64,000 nucleotides of DNA from Perna viridis (taxonomy: Eukaryota): assembly GCA_037379345.1 (NCBI GenBank), contig CM074515.1:930001-994000 (forward strand), given 5' to 3'. A program made the translations under genes and the position numbers. Positions 55,264 through 64,000 of this stretch are shown piece by piece (positions within the stretch are counted from its first letter, which is position 1; the number at the start of each line of letters is the position of its first letter). The notes under the pieces were generated by a model, which did not search any database, was not told where the DNA came from, and saw only the letters and a list, made by a program, of their open reading frames with translations.

Positions 55264-55627
55264 ATGGCAGAGGAAGACAGACTTATTGAACTTAAACCAA
55301 TAAAGGATAAACTAACAAACGACATATCATACGAAACTTATCAAATTCCACCTCATGAAACTGTGTTAGTGAACGATGTCTATACCGGCAGTAATGGAGA
55401 TATTCCGATTGGAAATGACTCATCAAAAGACCTAGAAAATAAAGAGGAAGAACACGAAAAAGAAAATGAAAAGGACGAAAATCGAGAAGAGAAAGATGAT
55501 GGGGAGATAAAGTACCCAGTCGACAACTGGTCAAAGAAAAGTGACTACTTATTAGCAGCTATAGGATACTCGGTTGATTTGGCCAATGTCTGGAGGTTTC
55601 CGTACTTGGCTTACAAGAACGGTGGCG
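55264..55627 (+). CDS. SLC6 Na+/Cl- neurotransmitter transporter (monoamine type), coding exon 1
   Basis: [33 protein letters not shown]; phase-1 GTAGGT donor at 55628. Confidence 0.95.
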
Positions 55628-57160
55628 GTAGGTATTTTCAGCTATAGGATACTCGGTTGATTTGGCCAATGTCTGGAGGTTTCCGTACTTGGCTTACAAG
55701 AACGGTGGCGGTAGGTATTAGCAGCTATATGATACTCGGTTGATTTGGCCAATGTCTGGAGGTTTCCGTACTTGGCTTACAAGAACGGTGGCGGTAGGTA
55801 TTAGCAGCCATAGGATACTCGGTTGATTTGGCCAATGTCTGGAGGTTTCCGTACTTGGCTTACAAGAACGGTGGCGGTAGGTATTAGCAGCTATAGGATA
55901 CTCGGTTGATTTGGCCAATGTCTGGAGGTTTCCGTACTTGGCTTACCAGAACGGTGGCGGTAGGTATTAGCAGCTATATGATACTCGGTTGATTTGGCCA
56001 ATGTCTGGAGGTTTCCGTACTTGGCTTACAAGAACGGTGGCGGTAGGTATTAGCAGCTATAGGATACTTGGTTGATTCGACCAATGTCTGGATATTTCCG
56101 TTCTCGGCCTGCAAGAACGGTGGCGACAGGTACATGTATTTTCAGCTGTAGGATACTTGGTTGATTCGACCAATGTCTGGATATTTCCGTTCTCGGCCTG
56201 CAAGAACGGTGGCGACAGGTACATGTATTTTCAGCTATAGGATACTTGGTTGATTCGACCAATGTCTGGATATTTCCGTTCTCGGCTTGCAAGAACAGTG
56301 GGGGTAAGTATTAGCAACTATGGGATACTCGGTTGATTAGACCAATATCTGGATATTTCTGTTTTCGGCTTGCAAGAACGGTGACGGTAGGTATTAGATT
56401 CCACTGTATAGATAGGTCACTGCAGATAACTTTATGACAATTCGTGGGTTGAGACACTAAAACAACCAAATCCAACATTTTTTTCTGTAAAATATATATT
56501 TTTCAAAACTTTCCATTATGGAGATCCATGAAAACAGATATGTATTATTTTCTATTTTGCTATGAAAATCTGTAGCCATGGTAACATAATAAAAATATAC
56601 ATTAGTTTTCATAACAAATTCTGGGTGCCTTCCCAAAATTAAGTGTCAAATAAACAGGTTTTCTATAAACGGGTTTTCTAAAATATCAAACACTTAAAAA
56701 CTGCCAGAAAAAGTAAATTGGCATGGTATTATTGTAAAATAACAAATAAAAAGTTTACCTTTTTCTGCTCATTTGTTCATGATTTTAATTCTTAAAGTTC
56801 GTGCGAAATTTTGAATTTTTGAAAAACAGCCAGTTGTTGTAGGGAAGGGAACCCAATCCGGTGAGGACCTGACTCTTTCGGGATAGCTTAAAGCATATAT
56901 TTTACACCTCTTTATCTTCACAAGTATTGCATTTATTCATGTACGAATGCTCTACCACCCCACAATCAATATTTCCACCAAGTTTCACCTTTTATTTTTA
57001 AGTTTTACAAAATTACACCGGGTCAGTTTTGTGTACGAAACAGTGCACCTGAATCTCATTTGTATAGTGCAACCTTAGAAGCTATAGGATACTCGGTTCA
57101 TTTGATCAATGTCTGGATATTTCCGTTCTCGGGCTGCAAGAACGGTGGCAGTAGGTATAA
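55552..57160 (+). repeat. 83-bp tandem array copying the SLC6 exon end plus donor (about 11 units including the exonic one), interrupted by a MITE
   Basis: Unit starts at 55552, 55635, 55718, 55801, 55884, 55967, 56050 and onward; last unit after 57075. Confidence 0.95.
56397..57074 (-). mobile_element. PIF/Harbinger-like non-autonomous transposon, copy 2
   Basis: TTA|GATTCCACTGTATA...TATAGTGCAACC|TTA; reverse complement of 40848-41494. Confidence 0.85.
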
Positions 57161-59228
57161 AGGACACAACATTAACAGATTTTGCCTATTGTTTTTTAAA
57201 CTGTTTATCATAATCAGTGACGCGTTATTCAAATAGTGATATTTTGACAGGAACTCTTGCTTTATATGTAATATTAGTAGTCTTACTGTAATTGTTGTGG
57301 AAGTAACAACAATGGAATCAGAAACGGCTTGATAGTGGTTCACTATCTTTAGCATCCTCCGTTCACGATCAAGCTGCAATACTTGTATCATTGATTTGTA
57401 TCCCTTGCTTGACATGTGATGGGGGTGTCGTATAACGTTTGGTTGTTCTAGTACTAGTTTATGGGGTAGGATATATTTATTATATTTGTGTAATTTTAAC
57501 ATTATCCACCATTCCGTCAATATCTATACTATGGATTAGTAACTGCAGCATAGATAATTATACTAAAGCAATGCTAGAGGTTGTCTGGCTAGCTATTTTC
57601 TGACTTGGTGCCATCCTAACCTCTAGCATCTGACATGTTGAAAGCCACCGCAAATGTCAATTAGCTAAACATGTGTTTTAAAATATTTTAAGTCTTTTAT
57701 TTACATTAAAGAAATTTAACTTACCAGAAATCGAGCGATAAAAATCCTAAATATTTGTTAAATACCTAGAAAACATTTGTAATGAAGACAATTGTCAAAA
57801 TGACCAAAAATTAGGTCACTTATTTTACGGAATGCAATATGTTTTTGACAAAACGAACTTAAAGTTGGTAAAGGCAATTCTTTGGTTAATTTGATATGTT
57901 CGTTTCGCAAATTTTAAAATCCGTAAATTTATCAACCGGAATTACACACCCAAAAAGCTAACAACAAAATAAGAGGTTAATTTTAACTGCTTTAACAAAG
58001 GATTTCCAGGATTGCTGGAATTTCTCATCAGGTAGGTCATTTGTTTTTCTTCAGTTTAGTCATCTTCTTCCGTGTTATGGTAAAGAAACTATATAAAGCG
58101 TTTTAAATGGCAAATAGTTAACTATAATTCTGCCGATTTCAAAGAAAGGCGGAACGAGCGTTATGCAGTATGGCGCTCTGAAGGAAAAGGTTGGGGTATG
58201 GAGGAACGGAATTCCAACCTCTTACGTTGTAGGAGTAAGATAATTAAAGTCAAAATATACAATATTATAAACTTGACTTCCGGAAGCTTCGACCGCGTGA
58301 TAGAATGAAAAATTGCCCTTTTCCAAACGTTATATTTTCTTAAAAAGATAAGAAATTCAACGTTATATAGCTTAAGTTAGAATACTTTAATACATTATGA
58401 TAAGCATATAATTGTACTTCAGACATTAGGTTCATACTTGGAAACTGTTGGTTGAACTTTTGTTAGTCCATAGAAATATGTTGCTGTCTTGACTCTACCA
58501 TTGGAATATTCCTTGGAGTTCCAGAATAAATCCCCCACTAATCTCGAGCAACTCAAAGTTCCATATACATCCATGTCATTTGAAATCGTTAACATCTAAA
58601 AAGTAATCAGAAATAAACTTGGTTGTTGATAAATGAACAAGAATGTTTTCAATCAGACTTTTAGCCTTATTGTCATCTTAAAATGACATAGTAAATAAAA
58701 TATTGGTCCTATCATTGAACAGTTTAGCACCTCGTTTTTTGACAAGCTACTTTTCAGTAGAATTTTGAACATAACCAATATGCTACAGTTGCAAGTTCAG
58801 ACTTACTTTAAAAAAAAAATGGGTAAACATTATTTTTTTTCTATCAGCTAACATTTAAATCAATTTAAAAAAATCCCTTACCAAAACACATATGCACATT
58901 TTCAAGAAAAAAATGTTATTTGTTCTCGACCAACTGTAAATTTACATATGTTGCAATTTGACGTCAGTAAATGCGTTTTTCTCCTGTGTATAAATTCACA
59001 TACAAACAAGTTAAAACATAAGTGCAAATTTTGACACCAGAATAGAATTATAGGCGTAACATCAAACTTTCATCAAATGTAGTAATGGCCAAGAAACACT
59101 GCATGAACAAATGCTGTCGTCAATTTGACGAAAAACACAAAAAATTTCAATGAACAAAATGGTACAAACAAATTTAATGCCATCATAGATTTCTACTAAT
59201 TCCACTATTTGCCAACTCTCTGTTTTAG

Positions 59229-59360
59229 GAGCTTTTATCATTCCGTACTTTACTGTACTTATTTTTGGAGCCATTCCAGTCTTCTTTATGGAATTAAGTA
59301 TGGGCCAATTTACACAAGAAGGACCAGTTAATGTTTGGAAAATGGTACCTTTGTTTAAAG
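59229..59360 (+). CDS. SLC6 transporter coding exon 2 (TM2)
   Basis: ttttag|GA GCT...AAA G|gtaagt, 132 nt: (G)[43 protein letters not shown](G). Confidence 0.95.
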
Positions 59361-59585
59361 GTAAGTAATGTTTTACTAGTCTCTCACGTTTGGTGTTCAT
59401 ACCATAGAAAGCCACCAGCTTTTCGGTTGTTTTTGTTTCTTCCTTTTATTAGTATTTTATTTAAACAATGGTCACCTTTTTACTTAAAAGTTCTGGTAAT
59501 TGACACGACTTTGTGACTTGAATAAAACATTCCCAATTTAAGGTGACATATAAAAACAACCATAGCCGCATATAAATGCATATTA

Positions 59586-62500
59586 CCCACCTTGTAAGAC
59601 TGTAGTACATTGAACTTTTCCCCTCTGCCGCATCGTCATACTATCCCCACCTTGTAATGCTGCAGTACATTGAACTTTTCCCCTCTGCCGCATCGTCATA
59701 CTGTCCCCGACTTGTAAGACTGTAGTACATTGAACTTTTCCCCTCTGCCGCATCGTCATACTGTCCCCACCTTGTAAGACTGTAGTACATTGAACTTTTC
59801 CCCTCTGCCGCTTCGTCATACTGTCCCCACCTTGTAAGACTGTAGTACATTGAACTTTTCCAGTCTGCCGCATCGTCATACTGTCCCCACCTTGTAAGAC
59901 TGTAGTACATTGAACTTTTCCCCTCTGCCGCTTCGTCATACTGTCCCCACCTTGTAAGACTGTAGTACATTGAACTTTTCCCCTCTGCCGCATCGTCATA
60001 CTGTCTCCACCTTGTAAGACTGTAGTACATTGAACTTTTCCAGTCTGCCGCATCGTCATACTGTCCCCACCTTGTAAGACTGTAGTACATTGAACTTTTC
60101 CCCTCTGCCGCTTCGTCATACTGTCCCCACCTTGTAAGACTGTAGTACATTGAACTTTTCCCCTCTGCCGCATCGTCATACTGTCTCCACCTTGTAAGAC
60201 TGTAGTACATTGAACTTTTCCAGTCTGCCGCATCGTCATACTGTCCCCACCTTGTAAGACTGTAGTACATTGAACTTTTCCCCTCTGCCGCATCGTCATA
60301 CTGTCCCACCTTGTAAGACTGTAGTACATTGAACTTTTCCCCTCTGCCGCATCGTCATACTGTCCCCACCTTGTAAGACTGTAGTACACTGAACTTTTCC
60401 CCTCTGCCGCATCGTCATACTATCCCCACCTTGTAATGCTGCAGTACATTGAACTTTTCCCCTCTGCCGCATCGTTATACTGTCCCCGACTTGTAAGACT
60501 GTAGTACATTGAACTTTTCCCCTCTGCCGCATCGTCATACTGTCCCCACCTTGTAAGACTGTAGTACATTGAACTTTTCCCCTCTGCCGCATCGTCATAC
60601 TGTCCCCGACTTGTAAGACTGTAGTACATTGAACTTTTCCCCTCTGCCGCATCGTCATACTGTCCCCACCTTGTAAGACTGTAGTACATTGAACTTTTCC
60701 AGTCTGCCGCATCGTCATACTGTCCCCACCTTGTAAGACTGTAGTACATTGAACTTTTCCCCTCTGCCGCATCGTCATACTGTCCCACCTTGTAAGACTG
60801 TAGTACATTGAACTTTTCCCCTCTGCCGCATCGTCATACTGTCCCCACCTTGTAAGACTGTAGTACATTGAACTTTTCCCCTCTGCCGCTTCGTCATACT
60901 GTCCCCACCTTGTAAGACTGTAGTACATTGAACTTTTCCAGTCTGCCGCATCGTCATACTGTCCCCACCTTGTAAGACTGTAGTACATTGAACTTTTCCC
61001 CTCTGCCGCTTCGTCATACTGTCCCCACCTTGTAAGACTGTAGTACATTGAACTTTTCCCCTCTGCCGCATCGTCATACTGTCTCCACCTTGTAAGACTG
61101 TAGTACATTGAACTTTTCCAGTCTGCCGCATCGTCATACTGTCCCCACCTTGTAAGACTGTAGTACATTGAACTTTTCCCCTCTGCCGCATCGTCATACT
61201 GTCCCACCTTGTAAGACTGTAGTACATTGAACTTTTCCCCTCTGCCGCATCGTCATACTGTCCCCACCTTGTAAGACTGTAGTACACTGAACTTTTCCCC
61301 TCTGCCGCATCGTCATACTATCCCCACCTTGTAATGCTGCAGTACATTGAACTTTTCCCCTCTGCCGCATCGTTATACTGTCCCCGACTTGTAAGACTGT
61401 AGTACATTGAACTTTTCCCCTCTGCCGCATCGTCATACTGTCCCCACCTTGTAAGACTGTAGTACACTGAACTTTTCCCCTCTGCCGCATCGTCATACTG
61501 TCCCCACCTTGTAATGCTGCAGTACATTGAACTTTTCCCCTCTGCCGCATCGTCATACTGTCCCCGACTTGTAAGACTGTAGTACACTGAACTTTTCCCC
61601 TCTGCCGCATCGTCATACTGTCCCCACCTTGTAAGACTGTAGTACACTGAACTTTTCCCCTCTGCCGCATCGTCATACTGTCCTAAACTTGTAATACTGT
61701 AGTACATAGAACTTTTCCCCTCTGCCGCATCGTCATACTGTCCCCACCTTGTAAGACTGTAATACATAGAACTTTTCCCCTCTGCCGCATCGTCATACTG
61801 TCCCCCACCTTGTCAGACTGTAGTACATTGAACTTTTCCCCTCCGCCGCATCGTCATACTGTCCCCACCTTGTAAGACTGTAGTACATTGAATTTTCCCC
61901 TCTGCCGCATCGTCATACCGTCCCCACCTTGTAAGACTGTAGTACATAGAACTTTTCCCCTCTACCGCATCGTCATACTGTCCCCACCTTGTAAGACTGT
62001 AGTACACTGAACTTTTCCCCTCTGCCGCATCGTCATACTGTCCCCACCTTGTAAGACTGTAGTACACTGAACTTTTCCCCTCTGCCGCATCGTCATACTG
62101 TCCCCACCTTGTAAGACTGTAGTACATTGAACTTTTCCCCTCTGCCGCTTCGTCATACTGTCCCCACCTTGTAAGACTGTAGTACATTGAACTTTTCCCC
62201 TCTGCCGCATCGTCATACTGTCTCCACCTTGTAAGACTGTAGTACATTGAACTTTTCCAGTCTGCCGCATCGTCATACTGTCCCCACCTTGTAAGACTGT
62301 AGTACATTGAACTTTTCCCCTCTGCCGCATCGTCATACTGTCCCACCTTGTAAGACTGTAGTACATTGAACTTTTCCCCTCTGCCGCATCGTCATACTGT
62401 CCCCACCTTGTAAGACTGTAGTACACTGAACTTTTCCCCTCTGCCGCATCGTCATACTATCCCCACCTTGTAATGCTGCAGTACATTGAACTTTTCCCCT

Positions 62501-64000
62501 CTGCCGCATCGTTATACTGTCCCCGACTTGTAAGACTGTAGTACATTGAACTTTTCCCCTCTGCCGCATCGTCATACTGTCCCCACCTTGTAAGACTGTA
62601 GTACACTGAACTTTTCCCCTCTGCCGCATCGTCATACTGTCCCCACCTTGTAATGCTGCAGTACATTGAACTTTTCCCCTCTGCCGCATCGTCATACTGT
62701 CCCCGACTTGTAAGACTGTAGTACACTGAACTTTTCCCCTCTGCCGCATCGTCATACTGTCCCCACCTTGTAAGACTGTAGTACACTGAACTTTTCCCCT
62801 CTGCCGCATCGTCATACTGTCCTAAACTTGTAATACTGTAGTACATAGAACTTTTCCCCTCTGCCGCATCGTCATACTGTCCCCACCTTGTAAGACTGTA
62901 ATACATAGAACTTTTCCCCTCTGCCGCATCGTCATACTGTCCCCCACCTTGTCAGACTGTAGTACATTGAACTTTTCCCCTCCGCCGCATCGTCATACTG
63001 TCCCCACCTTGTAAGACTGTAGTACATTGAATTTTCCCCTCTGTCGCATCGTCATACCGTCCCCACCTTGTAAGACTGTAGTACATAGAACTTTTCCCCT
63101 CTGCCGCATCGTCATACTGTCCCCACCTTGTAAGACTGTAGTACACTGAACTTTTCCCCTCTGCCGCATCGTCATACTGTCCCCACCTTGTAAGACTGTA
63201 GTACACTGAACTTTTCCCCTCTGCCAGATCGTCATACTGTCCCCAACTTGTAAGACTGTAGTACATAGAACTTTTCCCCTCTGCCGCATCGTCATACTGT
63301 CCCCACCTTGTAAGACTGTAGTACACTGAACTTTTCCCCTCTGCCGCATCGTCATACTGTCCCCACCTTGTAAGACTGTAGTACACTGAACTTTTCCCCT
63401 CTGCCAGATCGTCATACTGTCCCCACCTTGTAAGACTGTAGTACACTGAACTTTTCCCCTCTGCCGCATCGTCATACTGTCCCCACCTTGTAAGACTAGT
63501 ACATTGAACTTTTCCCCTCTGCCGCATCGTCATACTGTCCCCACCTTGTAAGACTGTAGTACATAGAACTTTTCCCCTCTGCCGCATCGTCATACTGTCC
63601 CCCACCTTGTCAGACTGTAGTACATTGAACTTTTCCCCTCCGCCGCATCGTCATACTGTGCCCACCTTGTCAGACTGTAGTATACTGAACTTTTCCCCTC
63701 TGCCGCATCGTCATACTGTCCCCACCTTGTCAGACTGTAGTACATAGAACTTTTCCCCTCTGCCGCATCGTCATACTGTCCCCCACCTTGTCAGACTGTA
63801 GTACATTGAACTTTTCCCCTCCGCCGCATCGTCATACTGTCCCCACCTTGTAAGACTGTAGTACATTGAATTTTCCCCTCTGCCGCATCGTCATACCGTC
63901 CCCACCTTGTAAGACTGTAGTACATAGAACTTTTCCCCTCTGCCGCATCGTCATACTGTCCCCACCTTGTAAGACTGTAGTACACTGAACTTTTCCCCTC
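59586..64000. repeat. 60-bp satellite (more than 70 units), presumably in SLC6 intron 2; runs off the window
   Basis: ctgtccccaccttgtaagactgtagtacattgaacttttcccctctgccgcatcgtcata repeated. Confidence 0.98.

Noticed and set aside
59583-63985. Many long repetitive ORFs (GQYDDAAEGKSSMYYSLTRW and similar)
   Set aside because: By-product of a 60-bp monomer lacking stops; frames are broken by 1-bp indels; no evidence of a gene
55635-64000. CRISPR-like appearance of the regular repeats
   Set aside because: No unique spacers, no cas genes, eukaryotic context

Overview
AT-rich animal genomic DNA with spliceosomal introns. The repeat families resemble those of bivalve molluscs, which is an inference. 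Host genes recognised: the first coding exon of SYS1 (minus strand), a two-exon UMAD1 (UMA-domain) gene, and the first two coding exons of an SLC6 monoamine-type transporter. Two convergent orphan ORFs lie at 48-52 kb: an acidic protein and a tail-anchored membrane protein. A probable four-exon pseudogene for a small secreted Cys-rich (ShK-like) peptide lies at 11.3-13.3 kb. Most of the rest is mobile DNA: two large CR1/L2-group LINEs, older LINE fossils, three Penelope-like (Naiad-type) fragments, a decayed BEL/Pao LTR element, SINEs, MITEs and Helentron-type non-autonomous elements, often nested. There are several minisatellites, including a >4.4 kb 60-bp satellite with higher-order structure. 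The most unusual pattern is the tandem amplification of exon 3' ends together with their splice donors ('donor-echo' arrays) in two unrelated genes. No CRISPR, rRNA or canonical tRNA genes were seen.
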